Notes: a model not told the origin generated them from the letters alone. A DNA stretch of 64,000 bases from Octopus vulgaris (GCA_951406725.2 OX597816.1:106888001-106952000); one strand, 5' to 3'; positions 1 through 14,512 are shown, numbered from the stretch's first letter. Made by a program: numbers and translations.

Positions 1-89
<89 letters not shown>

Positions 90-201
90 CAAACATACAC
101 ATATACATACATACATATATATATATATATAATATATATATATATATACACACATAATATATATATATATATGCATGTATGTATATATGTATATATATAT
201 A

Positions 202-260
<59 letters not shown>
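1..260. repeat. (AT)n/(ATAC)n microsatellite; representative of dozens of (TA)n, (TG)n, (TATG)n, (TATC)n, (AAT)n, (GAT)n, (TAC)n tracts across the window
   Basis: Directly visible; these tracts explain the YI/HT/CV/poly-X ORFs. Confidence 0.99.
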
Positions 261-261
<1 letters not shown>

Positions 262-477
262 ATTTTTTTAAGCTGCAACAATGAATACATTTAAATAAGA
301 AACAACTCGTCTGCCCCTCCCCTACTACTTCCCTCCCCTAAAAGGGTCCATTGTTATTATTACTAATTTGTTTACTCTTAATTCTTATCAATTACTAGCT
401 ATTAATAACTTTCCTAAAGACCTTCCATTTAATTATCGCTTGAATAGACAGACATCTTTTGAAGAAAATTGCGAAAC

Positions 478-531
<54 letters not shown>

Positions 532-1204
532 GTATCAAAACTAACAACAATAAGAAGAACAGCAATAACAAAATTTCTTTTTCTTTTATTTGCCACAAGA
601 GCGACGGATAAGTCGACATTACAAGGATAAACTAAAAGGCGGTGGGTTTTGACACTGAGTATGAAACATGAGACAATAAATGTATAAAATAAATGTATAA
701 ACATTGAAAAAAAGAGAGAAAACGTTGTGAATATGTGTCTGTGTACACAAACGCAACAACCCGCGCATACGCATGCACAGGCGCACACACACGCACACAC
801 ACACATACACGCACACACACACGGGATTTATTCCATCTCAATCAGATTTTAAAATTAACTTTTTAAAAACTAAACAGTTTGAAACTTGGAATGCTGCTAG
901 AATTTCACACGTAGAACACGGTTTACTCTGAACGTTTTTGACCAAATTTCGTATTTTAGAAGTTATTTCGTATTGAAGTTGTCGTATTTAAGGAATTTCA
1001 ACCAATCAACGACGTGTATTCGGTTGAAGAAAGCTACTGCCGTTTGCGACCGTAATCCAAGAGGAACAACTTCCGGGTCATCTGTGATTGTGATGGAATA
1101 GATCCTACACACGAACACACATACGAATGAGTGAACGAAAAGGAAGTAGCAGTCAACACATTCAGTTGGAGTTATATGTATTTAGAATAAGTTTGATTCT
1201 GCTC

Positions 1205-1256
1205 TACATTACTTAAAGTTTTATGGACATATGACATATCCGCATCATCAGATGAC
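1205..1256 (-). ncRNA. Degenerate type I hammerhead ribozyme (G12A)
   Basis: Minus strand: cat CTGATGA tgc-ggatatg-tca-tatgtcc-at AAAA ctttaag TA atg; all three stems pair but GAAA reads AAAA. Confidence 0.45.
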
Positions 1257-1399
1257 CAATTTTCTTCGGACTCTCACTCGCATCTGTCAGATGGATTCGC
1301 TACCTTATCTCTGTTTCAAAGTGTATTTATGCGCGTGTGCATGAGTGTTTGTGGCGAAAAGGGAGATCCTACACAAAAGTCTGGACTGTCAAATATAAG

Positions 1400-2200
1400 C
1401 ACCCTCTCCTTATTTACTCTCCATGATCTATAGGCGAGCATATTGAGAGTAGACTAATTCACCTTGGCCATGCTCGTCTCTCTCATACATCTGTTAGCAA
1501 TGTACTGGTGCCAAACACTTCGTCCTCAACACACATCATTTTATTCACAGAGTACTTGCGAAAGTCGATTGGGGTTTGGTTAGAGAGAAAACGCTCTTTA
1601 GTTCGTTTAATTTTAATCACTCTTCATCTTTCGCGGCAGCGTCCAGAGAGATGTTACTTCTCTTTTCCTTTCAAAGAAAGGTGGCGGGGTGATCTTCACA
1701 ATATTCAGTTGAGAGCCAAATCAACCTTTCACACTATGACAGTAATTCTACATAGCACTACACGTCAGCAATGTTTGGACACTGAATAAGTGTTCGGAAA
1801 ACGGGGTCATCACTTTCCACGCATCTTAAGCAGGGCCAATTGATAGTATTGTTGTGACTGTAGAACTTAACCTGAACTGTCAATCACCTTCGGAGGCTCT
1901 GCCAAGCCGAGGTTTTTCGTTTTGTAAGTTGCTCGTGGGCTCCGAGTTGAATGTTATTTGGAGCATATTGCTTAATAGATCTCCACATACACTTTGGGTA
2001 TCTTCTAGAACGTCGTTGTTCATGATTCTCGCTAATCCTTTATAAAATGCAAAGTTTAACCTTTCATTACTTGCATGGCTCAATTGAAAGACTGATCAAT
2101 AAAAAGCTTTAGATTTGTAAAACTCTTCATATTAATTTATTTGGCTTCATATCCAGAAATAATTTCAAGAAAATTCTTTTATTTTAAGATTGTCCCTAGG
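1400..2200 (-). mobile_element. Tx1/L1-like LINE 3' fragment (ORF2 C-terminal zinc-binding region), decayed
   Basis: Minus translation WPCLRCVESDDPVFRTLIQCPNIADV*CYVELLS resembles the L1/Tx1 CxxC..ET..H...C motif; homologous to 54880-55200. Confidence 0.7.
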
Positions 2201-2366
2201 CAGAAGTTGCTATTTTAGCACGTGATCTTCAACCACATCATATCGACCCATCAGTACAAATGACGCTGAGAGTAGATGGGCCTTCCGACCGACGGAGCCC
2301 GTTCTTTCCAAAGGCTGCGCCATTAGGTTAGGTATGAGAGTCAGGTGATAATACATAGCGGAGGGT

Positions 2367-2580
2367 AAGGGAGCGAGCTTAGCAGAATCGTTTGCACACC
2401 GGGCAAAATGCTCAGCAGCATTACGTCCGTCTTTACATCCTGAGTTCAAATTCCGCCGAGGTTGAGCCTTTCATCCTTTCGGGGTCGATAACCTAAGTTC
2501 CAGCTGAATACTAGGGTCGACGTAATCGACTTACCCCATCTCCCGAAATTGCTAGCCTTGTATCAAAATTTGAAACCAAT
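2367..2580 (+). mobile_element. tRNA-derived SINE family A
   Basis: Head gcgagct..gcagaatcg, B-box gagttcaaattcc, core gcctttcatcctttcggggtcgata; many copies in window. Confidence 0.85.
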
Positions 2581-3455
2581 ATATAACGAAGGGGATATAT
2601 GCGTTCGTTACATATACCCAGATTTTTCAGAGTTACATTATTCTTAGACCATTTCTAAATTAGCCCGGCCACACCACCGCAAGTTCATCCCATTTCCTTT
2701 CTCCTTTTGGAGATCTTAGTCGAAAAAAACCCCAGAAAGTCCCATAATCAAAAACCTGATCTCGTAATAAACCCACTTCAATCTGCATCGCCTCTCCGGA
2801 GGACAAGGTCCTCTTAAAGTGACATTGAATCGTCTAAAGAACAGGGATAAGCTCTAAAGAACTAGATTAGAGGAAACTTTAAAAAAGCTGAGCTAGGCTG
2901 GGATTGGTGAAAGCCAAGGGAATCGAGAAAGGGATAGTTAAAGAAATATGACTAGTGCAAACTCTATCACCATCATGCGATATTTGCAAAGCGCTGGTAG
3001 TAGTATAATAATTACTCATCCTTTCTTCATCACTGGTGTTCTCTCTTCCCTTCCGAAGGGCGTGTACGTGCGTGCGTGCCTGTGTGTGTGTGTGTGTGTG
3101 TGAATGCTTGCGTGCATGTGCGTATGTGTGTGTGTGTTAGTGGTTGTGGTGGTATTGGTGATGTCGGTTGGGTTTTGTTGGTGCTTTCTTGTTGTTGCTT
3201 TATAATCTTGCGTGCATTAGTCTATATAGTTTTGTAGTCCATATTTCATTGTTGTTGTTGTTGTTGTTGTTGTTGTAACTGCTGCTGCTGCTGTCGTTAC
3301 TTTTTTTTTTAAATGATAATGATGTGGATGAGAAATAAAAATCCATAATATTAAAATAATAAGAATACTAATACCGAGGAAGATGATGATGAGGGTGGTG
3401 TTGATAACAAGTACAACTATAAAACAACAACTACTACTACTATCACCATCACTAC

Positions 3456-3530
<75 letters not shown>

Positions 3531-3531
3531 T

Positions 3532-3596
<65 letters not shown>

Positions 3597-3692
3597 AAAC
3601 ACACTGAAAGGCTTATCCTCCACATCTGGAACCATTCTAGCCTTTGATGCATGCTTATAGAGTCATGTGCGCGTGAATGCGTGTATACAAGC

Positions 3693-3723
<31 letters not shown>

Positions 3724-3795
3724 AAAGGGACAGGAAGGATAAAGAAAGAGAGAAGGAACGTGAGAAAGATGTTACTGTTAAGCAGACATACAGTC

Positions 3796-4220
<425 letters not shown>

Positions 4221-4226
4221 TATGTG

Positions 4227-4265
<39 letters not shown>

Positions 4266-4277
4266 ATGTATGTATGT

Positions 4278-4381
<104 letters not shown>

Positions 4382-4662
4382 CAACAATTGAGGGTAAAAT
4401 TAATTAATTAATCAATTTCACCAAGTATTCAGTATACAAAGGGACCATTTAAGGCGAATTCAAATTATTACATTATATAATAGGGCTTAGTAAAATAAAT
4501 TACTTTGCCGCATACTGAACTCATTAGAAATAGCAGCTAAAAAAAACTTTTTTTAAAAACTATTTCCAATACTTAAAGAAAACCTCTCTCATATAGTGTT
4601 TGCTCAACTCAACTCACAAAAGTATGGGGGTAGAGACATTAAAAAATCAAATGCAAAGGTTA

Positions 4663-4720
4663 TTTGAGAACGTACGTTTCAAGATTAGTCAAAATCGACA
4701 CTTCTATCATCAGCTGTATT
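4663..4720 (-). ncRNA. Hammerhead ribozyme-like core with palindromic stem III CGTACG
   Basis: Minus: tacag CTGATGA tagaagtgtcgattttgactaatctt GAAA CGTACG TT ctc; core intact, stems I and II partly decayed. Confidence 0.55.
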
Positions 4721-5311
4721 CATTTGCCCACCGTACACATTCTATCACACACAAAGATACACAGACACAGAGTCTCTCGCTGTCAAACACATAACAATGT
4801 ATCACTTATCTCCAAACAAAGATTGCCTGCAAAGATCAGATTTGCCCCTAGCATGTAAATTAATTAAGTGAAATAAATATTAATTTCTTGAAATTATTTC
4901 CCCCTTCCTTTGGCATTTTATTGGGAATTTTTTGCGTGCATCATTCAGTACATTAACTCCTAACGTACTTATTCATATATTGACACATACATATTCAATT
5001 ACACACGCTGTTTCACTTTCTCTTTCTGTCCCCTCCCTTTTCATCCCCTCAAATACATATATACACATAGTTGCAAACGTATTCGTATAGCACTCACAAG
5101 GTCACCTAGGCACACACACACGCATGCATCCATCCATGCATCCATGCATCCATCCATCCATGCATCCATCCATCCATCTATACATACATACATATATACA
5201 TACATTCATACATACATACATACATACATACATACATACATACATACATACATACATAATACCTACGGACATATGCAACATACATATGTAACACATTACC
5301 GAATTACCATT

Positions 5312-5630
5312 CATGAGAAATTAGGCTTCTCAAAATCAGAAAGGAGAAAGCTTATTCGAAGATCCATGCCATCACTGGAACTGTAAACATCTGTAAAACT
5401 TTTTACAAGTTTATCATTTAAGTATATATGAGCATGTCTGCAAGATATGCAAGTATATGCATGAGAATACACACATTAAAACAAAACATGAAAATCTGTA
5501 CATATGCATACATACATACAAAAATACCCTGTTGTTGCTGTTGAAATTCCAACGAAGGAGCCTTGGATCTAGGTTAGAAACCGGCTCCTTCTCAGTGCCA
5601 AGAAATTTTGAAATAAAATTAAATAATGAC
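5312..5630 (+). mobile_element. R4/Dong-like non-LTR element, extreme 3' end and 3'UTR
   Basis: EKLGFSKSERRKLIR...[12 protein letters not shown] end; 3'UTR hairpin gaaggagcc...ggctccttc shared with copies at 17.5, 37.5 and 39.0 kb. Confidence 0.7.
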
Positions 5631-5739
5631 ACACATATATGCATATATGTACATATGTATACATATGTGTATGTATATACGCACACATATATACATATAT
5701 ATACATGTATATACATATATATAAATATACATATACACG

Positions 5740-5802
<63 letters not shown>

Positions 5803-5806
<4 letters not shown>

Positions 5807-6161
5807 CAGGTGCTATAGATCTCGTGTCTTGAGTTTAAGAGAGATCGGTCCAGTGAGTTTTTAAGGATCCTTGCCGCTCAACTAAGGAAAGCTCGCATCG
5901 CCTGCACCTGTTTATATAGGACCCCGGCTACTCTGATCCACCATTTAATTTCATATGGAGTTGCTTCATCCTTAAGGCGCTACACGTTGCTAGCCAGTGA
6001 CGTGATGTAACGTCTTTCCCTAATAGAAGAGTTGTGGTTACACAGGCGTGGCTTAAATGCAGCTCCAGCCGACCCGATATATATTTGAACCTGACCGCTG
6101 GTTGTGTTCGCGTCTCTGGAGTATCTTCTGTTGACCCCAGACCTTGCCGCCGCTGTCATCG

Positions 6162-6165
<4 letters not shown>
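5803..6165 (-). mobile_element. Penelope-like element GIY-YIG endonuclease fragment
   Basis: Minus translation [58 protein letters not shown], typical PLE endonuclease C-terminus. Confidence 0.85.
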
Positions 6166-6224
<59 letters not shown>

Positions 6225-6270
6225 ACACACACACGCCCACACATACACATACGCTCACACATACACACAC

Positions 6271-6412
6271 AATTAATCCCCAAAATGAAGAACAAGAAAA
6301 AAATTAAAAAACAACGCGAGGAGACGGAAGAAAGTCCGAGAAAAAAGGAAGATGGAGGAAAAAGATCGCCAACGATCCACATGTGGCTTACATTTTGAAA
6401 TGACCGGAAGTG
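6271..6412 (-). mobile_element. Internally deleted copy of the ~200-bp HHR module (ribozyme lost)
   Basis: Matches both ends of 60600-60805 (cgttggcgat...ttttcct; ctcgcgtt...ggattaa) but lacks the core. Confidence 0.7.
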
Positions 6413-6413
6413 A

Positions 6414-6444
<31 letters not shown>

Positions 6445-6497
6445 CGTGCGCTCGTATATAAATGTAAATGTATGTATATATATATATATATATATAC

Positions 6498-6569
<72 letters not shown>

Positions 6570-7303
6570 GCATGCATGTATGTATATGCACGCGCATGGA
6601 TGGCGATGGTTCCTTTCCTTAGCTTGACTGAGTATCTGAATAAAAACATTTTGGCCATGTATTCCTGCGCATATACACAAGCGTGAATACATGCATGCAC
6701 ACATACTAACATACATACTAACATACATGCTCTCCATCCATGTTTCAATCCGTCGATGCATGCATATATAAATTCATAATGCATACACGCGTCCGTCCTC
6801 CGTCTATCCATCCATCCATCCATCCATCCATCCATCCATCCATACATACATACATACATACATACATACATACATACATACATACATACGAGTGTCATAT
6901 ATATGAACAACAGAGACAAATACAAATATATGAAATGCCGTACAACATAAATTCATGCTTTATTAAGATAATTCTCTTCGCCTCTATTGGGATGTATGAC
7001 GATTACCAAATACATTTAAGAAAATCTGCATATGAAATGGGGAGACAATCGCAAGACAATCTCTTACGTTGACAATGGCTATCACTAAGAAAAAAAAGCA
7101 GGCTAATTGTTTGGAGATAAGAGGACAATGGCATGTATATGAACAACATATAAGACAGACACGGATGTATCAAATACAATACAGAAAACTTATTGGTTTA
7201 TAAAAATTATCGCCGCCTCATGTTGATGTATTACAGTTACCAAATGGCGACTACATCTGTGTGTGTGTGTGTATTAATCAATCTATGTGTGTGTGTATAT
7301 ATA

Positions 7304-7393
<90 letters not shown>

Positions 7394-7405
7394 CATACAT
7401 ACATA

Positions 7406-7616
7406 CTGTGGCTGTGTGGATAGAAGATTGCTTCCCAACCGCATGATTTCGGGTTGAGTTACATATTCGGCAAGTGTTCTCTGCTATAGCCTCGGGCCGA
7501 CCAAAACCTAGCGAGTAAATTTGGTTGACGGAAACTGAAACAAGCTTGTCGTATACATACATGCATATACACACATACATACATACATACATACATACAT
7601 ACATACATACATACAT

Positions 7617-7690
<74 letters not shown>

Positions 7691-7897
7691 GTGTGTGTGT
7701 GTGTTTGTCACCCAACTATCGCTTGACAATCGATGTTAGTGTGTTTATGTTCCCGTAACTTAGCGGTTCGGCAAATCAGACTGATAGAATAAGTACTAGG
7801 CTTACAAATAATAGGTCCTCGGGTTTATTTGTTCGACTAAAGGCGGTGCTCAAGTATGGCGGCAGACAAATGACTGAAACAAGTAAAAGAATGAAAG
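7406..7897 (+). mobile_element. tRNA-derived SINE family B with internal microsatellite
   Basis: gtggctgtgtgg head, ggcaagtg core, tail aaatgactgaaacaagtaaaagaat; same family as 40349-40760. Confidence 0.88.
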
Positions 7898-7909
7898 AAT
7901 ATATCTAAT

Positions 7910-8061
7910 GGCATGACTGTGTGGTAAGGAGCTTGCTTCCCAACCATATGGTTCCGGGTTCACTCCTACTGCGTGGTACCTTGGGTACGTGTCTTCTACT
8001 TTAGCCTCGTGTCGACCAAAGCCTTGTGAGTGGATTTGGTGGACGGAGGCTGGAAGCCCGT

Positions 8062-8099
<38 letters not shown>

Positions 8100-8332
8100 T
8101 GTGTGTGTGTATGTGTATATGTTTGTGTGTCTGTGTTTGTCCCCCACTATCGCTTGACAACCGATGTTGGCGTGTTTACGTCACCGTAACAAAGTGGTTC
8201 GGCAAAAGTGACCGATAGAACAAGTACTAGGCTTACAAAGAAGTCCTGGGGTCGATTTATTCGACTAAAGGTTTTTCCTCCAGCATGGCCGCAGTCAAAT
8301 GACTGAAACAAGAGAATAAAGGAATTAAAGAA
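7910..8332 (+). mobile_element. SINE family B, tandem second copy
   Basis: Same head, core and tail immediately after the previous copy. Confidence 0.88.
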
Positions 8333-8809
8333 TGCGCGCTCGCGCTCGTTTACATGTGACTTTTCTTTGAGTTTAAGTTCTTGAGAAAGCTCAAGTTGTC
8401 GCTAAGAAAGCGATGTATGTATGTATGTATGTATGTATGTATGTATGTATGTATGTATGTATGTATGTATAGTATATATATGCATGTATATGAACGAAGG
8501 AATGTATAGTTGAAAGCGTTCTGTGAGGACCTCTGCTTTAACTTTGTAACTTTTAGCGATGACAGTTAAAGAAGTCGATGGCGCCACACAGCAGAGGTTT
8601 GAGTAATAAAAATTGACAAAACAATAAACAAATGATTTCTTGTTTCTCTTCTGATTGGGAGAATAATACATATGGCTTCCCGCGCGCGAGTGCATGTGAG
8701 TGTATGTGTGTGTATATATGTGTGTATATGTGTGTATGTGTGCGTGTGATGTGTGTTCGTGCCTGCATATTTCTACGTGTATTTGTATGCATCCCGGCCA
8801 AAAAACAAG

Positions 8810-8903
<94 letters not shown>

Positions 8904-8904
8904 T

Positions 8905-8941
<37 letters not shown>

Positions 8942-9205
8942 ATGTCTGTCTGTCTGTATGTATGTATGTATGTATGTATGTATCGTTTATCTTTTACGGA
9001 CTTCAGTTATTGGACCGCGGCCATGATAGGGCACAGCTTGAAGTTTTTTTAGTGGAACGAATGGACCGCAGTACTTATTTTCAAAGCTAGTTCTTATTCT
9101 ATCGGAATCTTTTACTGAACTGCTAATTTACGGGGACGTAAACAAACTAACACCAGTTGTCAAGTGGTGGTGAGGAACAAACACAAAGACACATACATAT
9201 ACATA

Positions 9206-9398
9206 TACGTGTAGGTGCTGAAAAGTTCCTCACTTTAAGGGTGTCGCGAAAGGGCTAGTTGGAGGCCCAACCTTCCGAGTTCTTTTACAGGGCTTAAAAA
9301 AGACTGAAGGAACACTGCAATGAGCGTGTGAATCTGAGAGGGGATCCTCTTGTATTTTCCTTTATCCAAAACCAGGATCCTTTCAGCACTCCTTCGTA
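9206..9398 (+). mobile_element. Mariner-derived MITE
   Basis: TIR-like ends tacgtgtaggtgctgaaaagttcct / aggatcctttcagcactccttcgta with TA termini; interior resembles a mariner transposase C-terminus. Confidence 0.7.
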
Positions 9399-9399
9399 C

Positions 9400-9790
9400 A
9401 TATACATTGGAGTGGACATCATGTTCGGAAGGAATGACCAGAGGTTCCCTAAGCAGATGCTACCTGGCGAGCCTGTTTGTGGAATGCATCCCCAGTAGAA
9501 AACAAGGATTGCGTTGAAGGCATATGAAATATCAAATGTCATTTAGGAAAATAATTCTTGTCATTGCCTTACAATGGAAGAAATAAATAAAGGAAACAGT
9601 TAGAGTTGGTATTTTCGAAAAAAACAAACAAACAAACAAAAAAAAACATGTATTTTTCAGCAGAATTTAAGCAAGCTGCTCAAAAACGCACCGCCAGTGT
9701 AGAGAATGGGTTGAGGTCTTGTCTGCAATATCTGTAGACGTCTATATCTATCAAGAGGTGGGTGGCCTCATTAGTCAACAACGGAAACAA
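9400..9790 (+). mobile_element. RTE-clade LINE 3' fragment
   Basis: WSGHHVR..DQRFPKQMLPGE and terminal LVCNICRRLYLSRG..GLISQQR C2H2-like motif typical of RTE/BovB ends. Confidence 0.6.
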
Positions 9791-9791
9791 A

Positions 9792-9853
9792 AGTATAAAG
9801 TATAAATTTGTCTGACTACACAATGTTCTTAATGGTCAGTGATAGTCTTCTTG

Positions 9854-9903
<50 letters not shown>

Positions 9904-9965
9904 CAAGAAGATTATCACTGACCATTAAGAACATCGTGTAGTCAGACAAATTTATACTTTATACT
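9792..9965. repeat. Near-perfect palindrome, ~67-bp arms centred on (AT)n
   Basis: agtataaagtataaatttgtctgactac...cttggtttt (AT)n aaaaccaag...gtagtcagacaaatttatactttatact; 2 mismatches. Confidence 0.95.
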
Positions 9966-9993
9966 ATATATATATATATATATATATAATTTA

Positions 9994-10033
<40 letters not shown>

Positions 10034-10138
10034 TGGACATAATCGACTTACTCCCCTAAATTCTGGCCTAGCGCCAAAATTTGAAGCCATTATCATCATC
10101 ATCATCATCATCATTATTATTATTATTATTATTATTAT

Positions 10139-10580
10139 TGAGTGAGAGAGCAGCGCATGCCATCAAAGTGACATTGGGGTAGAGATATACGAAGTCCAAT
10201 ATACCCATCATGACTATTCGTCTGATAAGAGTACATCAGGCACATGCATCACAACCATAGGTGTGCGACATGATGAACTCATATGAAGATAAACTGTGCA
10301 TGACCTTACTGGTAGGGCCCAGTTAAATTTTTTCTTCGGTTCAAGTAACTCATACCACTTAAAAAGTCCCTGAATATGGGTTGTTTAAGAATGTTGAATG
10401 AAACACCTATGTTTCCAGAATTGAATTATTCAAACCCCAAAGCATTCCTCCCAACACATAGCTATGATGCTCCCCCACTACTTCGTGATCAGAGAAGCAC
10501 ATATTGTCAGCCACTAAGAGACATGCTCAACTGGCTATGGTCAAACAACTGACAAATAAAATGTGGTATTGAGCAGAAAT
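10139..10580. mobile_element. Interspersed repeat family D adjoining (TAT)n
   Basis: Clearly homologous to 56250-56690 and overlaps 50125-50335; each abuts (TAT)n. Confidence 0.85.
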
Positions 10581-12190
10581 AATTTGAGAGATACATAAAG
10601 AATAGCTTTCTTACATCAAAATGAATTAGATATCTCTTGTAACACATAAATAAACTAAATAGCAATAACCCAGAAACTAGTCCACAGCTGTTGCTTTGCG
10701 CTAGGTGGGAGTGCTGAACTCCTTGAAAATATAAGGACAGGGATATTGTGTCGTATAGCCAGCTAGAAACAACAGTAATATCGTTACTTCCAGGACAGCC
10801 ACATGATGTTGGCAAATAGCCTTTACTACAAATAAAATGTTTAAAGTTAACAAATGTATGGGAATACCATAATAATATTTACACAAGTTGTGACATTTAT
10901 GCATTTCCAAATTGCGACGCAACTAAATTTTAATTATATAAACTCAAGCAATGAAGTCGATTTAGTCCATTCAGTTCGCCAGGAGGTATTGAAACCGTTC
11001 AAAACTAATGTACACTAGTTTATAACAAAATGAAAGAGAGAGAAAAAGAGAGAAGAGGACTGATTATATGTTTGTATTAATTCTAGATATACTGACATAA
11101 ATACATTTCTTTCTTAAAATATTACTCTATCAAGGGACAACTAAGTGCTCAAACTCAACAATATATATTTTCTCCACTTCTCGGACTACTTCAGTGCAGG
11201 TCTGTGCAACGTTAATAATGTATTGAATTCAAAAGAAGAATTACTTTCCAAGAAGGTTTACATTTCAAAGAACATTTATTGTCAGTGCATAGCTATTGTA
11301 TTGAGTGTACCATAGTCAAAACTTTATATAGCTGTTAAAACTAATTAAATTAGATGAAAAACTGTATAAAGTGGATAAAATTACAATAATCACTTTTATT
11401 TTTTCCGTTCTCAAGGCAGAATGTTGTAAATTTCTTTTTTTTTTCCTCTCTCTTTTTTCTTCCCTTTGGTGCCTTCTTCAAGACGACAGAAAAAAGTAAT
11501 TCTTGCAATATTATTCACTTTACACCATTATCCATATAATTTAATTCTATCTAACAACTAACTGTACACAAAAATACAGCTTTGATTTCAATATACACAA
11601 TTCAAAGTCTACTGACAAAAAAAAAAAAAGAAGATTTTTCTCAAAATGTTAATCTTCTTGAAACGCAATAGCTTATTAAAGTTGTACATACTTGTACTCA
11701 AGATGCCTGAGAAGCTGAAATACACAAGTGTTGAAAAGTTGTTGAATCTGATGACTTATTAAAAGTATTGATTGTGAAAAATTGTTTCTAATTGAGGAAG
11801 AAAACCAGAAACTTTAGGTGGGGGAGAAGGTTGTCGATGTCATTATCCCACTACTTGACCAGCACTTTATTTTATCTACCCCCGGGGTGATGAAAGGCGA
11901 AATTGACCGAATATATACTAGCTTTGTATATAAATTATAAACAATAAACTAAAGTATAATTCAAAAGATACAGCTAAAATTTGTTGGTATTTCCATACAG
12001 GCGCTAAAGACGGTCACTGAACCGTTACCGTTCGGTAACATCCTGACGTTACTTGAGGGCACATATATATTCATGTACGTATTGATTATATGCATGCATA
12101 TATATGAATACGCACATGCTTGAACGTTGTTGATTCTAGCTATGAATCTAGCTGGTGATGTTACTCTCATAGTCTACCTACACACATAAA

Positions 12191-12235
<45 letters not shown>

Positions 12236-12240
<5 letters not shown>

Positions 12241-12360
12241 ATCCAAACAAGAAAACGTTTCGAGCGGAGCTCTTCGTCGGAAACAAGAAGAAGGAAAGAT
12301 CCCGAGAAGGGAAGACAGAGGAAAAAAATATTTTTGCTGGTGGTGCTCAAGAGATCACAA
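12236..12360 (-). mobile_element. Short HHR module copy with CCGACGA core variant (12252-12285)
   Basis: Minus: gttt CCGACGA agagctccgctc GAAA cgtt; ends ttggattaac(TA)n like 60600-60805. Confidence 0.8.
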
Positions 12361-12422
12361 TGTATATATATGTATATATGTGTGTATATATATATATATG
12401 TGTGTGTAAAGAAAAGTCTCAA

Positions 12423-12900
12423 TTAGTACCTATAGAGTTTACATATGAAGAATAAAGAATATGGTCTTGAATTTGGACGAAGCCATTGGGTTAAAGCGTT
12501 AGTAGAATTTACAAATTTTCGAGAGAACGTGAAATTAATTTTATTTTTTATCTTTTCAAGAATAGGATTTCGTAGTGAATATAAAACTATAATAAATAGC
12601 ATGTAAATATTGTGCCGAAACCCGAATCCCACTATTCGATAGAAACAGATAGAAGAAACGCAAGGATTAGAACTCACGCCTTCTGGAGATATGCCCGGCA
12701 TGCTACCATTTGTACCAAAGCAATCCTTTAGCTATCTCTTCTCATTTTAGTAACTTTTATTCTGACTATCGAGAACTGATTATCGTTCCCGTCATAAATA
12801 TTTATAAAATTTCGAGAGAACGTAAAACAATTTTCTTTTATCAAGAATTGGATCTCGAAGCACAAGTAAAGCTATAATTGAAAGCATGTAAATATTGGGC
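12423..12900 (-). mobile_element. Module with tRNA-like promoter (12657-12718) between ~100-bp direct repeats
   Basis: A box tggtacaaatgg, B box gagttctaatcc; repeats tttcgagagaacgt...agcatgtaaatattg at 12508-12615 and 12800-12900. Confidence 0.6.
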
Positions 12901-13696
12901 AAATAATTAAGGCAGTGTAGTGATGCGGCAAATATTCACTTATAACAGGGTGCACTGTGATAAATAGTTTCGCATCAAACTAAATTAATCTGGCTTGATA
13001 TTACGAGTATGTTAAAAATGGTTGGACGGGGTTGGCACTGTTAAATGTTCTTGAATAAAGAAGGGTGGCGATAAATATCTTTTAGAAGTATTGGTGTTGA
13101 GTCCCCTTGGTTTGCCCCAACTGTCGCGTTAGCAGGAGAAATATCATTGTTGTTATTATTACTGTCGTCGTTGTTTTACCACAGACCAATCTTGATTGAG
13201 AAACAATATGATTAAAAGTATTCTAGACATGACCACCCCTACCTATTTAGTGTATCCAGTGTGTCTTACTTTTCTTAAAGATGGTAGACCTGGTCCTTTA
13301 TTTTAAATTATTTTTAAGACAGTAGGGTTATATTTGAGGACGATTTGGCTGCTATTTCTAATAAGGGATAGTATTGGTGCTGGTATGGATGGCAACGTTA
13401 ATGGTTGTGGAGGTGGTGACTGTGGTGGTGCTGGTAAAGTAGTATTGCGAATAATGGTGGTGGTGGTGTTATACAACATTGATTATGATTTTTCTGTTTA
13501 CTAATGTTGGCTGCTGGTGATACATTTTAATACCACCACCAACACCAACACCAACAACAACACCATCACTACCAGCTTCTCTTCCTTCATCTCTTCCTCC
13601 TTCCCTTCATCTCCCTCATCATCATACTCTCCCTCCTACCACTACTGTTCATATTCATTAACTTGTCCCTATGTACATATATACAAATAGAGAAAA

Positions 13697-13783
<87 letters not shown>

Positions 13784-13886
13784 ATATGTTTATATATATA
13801 TATTTATGTATATATATATATATATATGTATATATATGTATATATATATATGTATATATATGTGTATATATATGTATATATATATG

Positions 13887-13921
<35 letters not shown>

Positions 13922-13923
13922 TA

Positions 13924-13970
<47 letters not shown>

Positions 13971-14512
13971 AGAGAGTAGGATGGAAAATACATATATATA
14001 TAATGTATATAAGCATGTATGTGTGTGTACATATATCTATGTGTGTATGTGTCAGTGTGTGCGTGCGTGTGTATACTTATAGATATGCTTGCGCGTGCGC
14101 GTGCTTATTCGTTTATGTTCTTATCTCTTCCTTGTACACTTTTAGACGGACATACCCGCTTTTTCATATTTCTTTGAAATTGTTCATCCATCGGGTGCAG
14201 CTTAGTTAAAATAAATTAAACCCATTACTACTACTACTACTACTACTGATGATGATGATGATAATGAATTGGAAAAAATATAAATACAAAAACAACCATA
14301 ACAAACAACACATCGAAGCACAAAAGAATTATGTTAGAAAAAAGACAATAATATTAACGTTGCCCGGTGCTTGTAGGTGCAATTTGTTTTATCATATCGA
14401 TTCCTAAGTACATACATAGCAATACACTAGTTAGGCATTCGTTGTTAGATCGTAAAAGTTCAGTCATCAAACAGCATTGCAGGGCGGACATGGAGTACAA
14501 TATATTGAAAGT

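Noticed and set aside
10580-11800. Long repeat-free AT-rich stretch as a 3'UTR
   Set aside because: Plausible but has no supportable linked exon; needs expression data.
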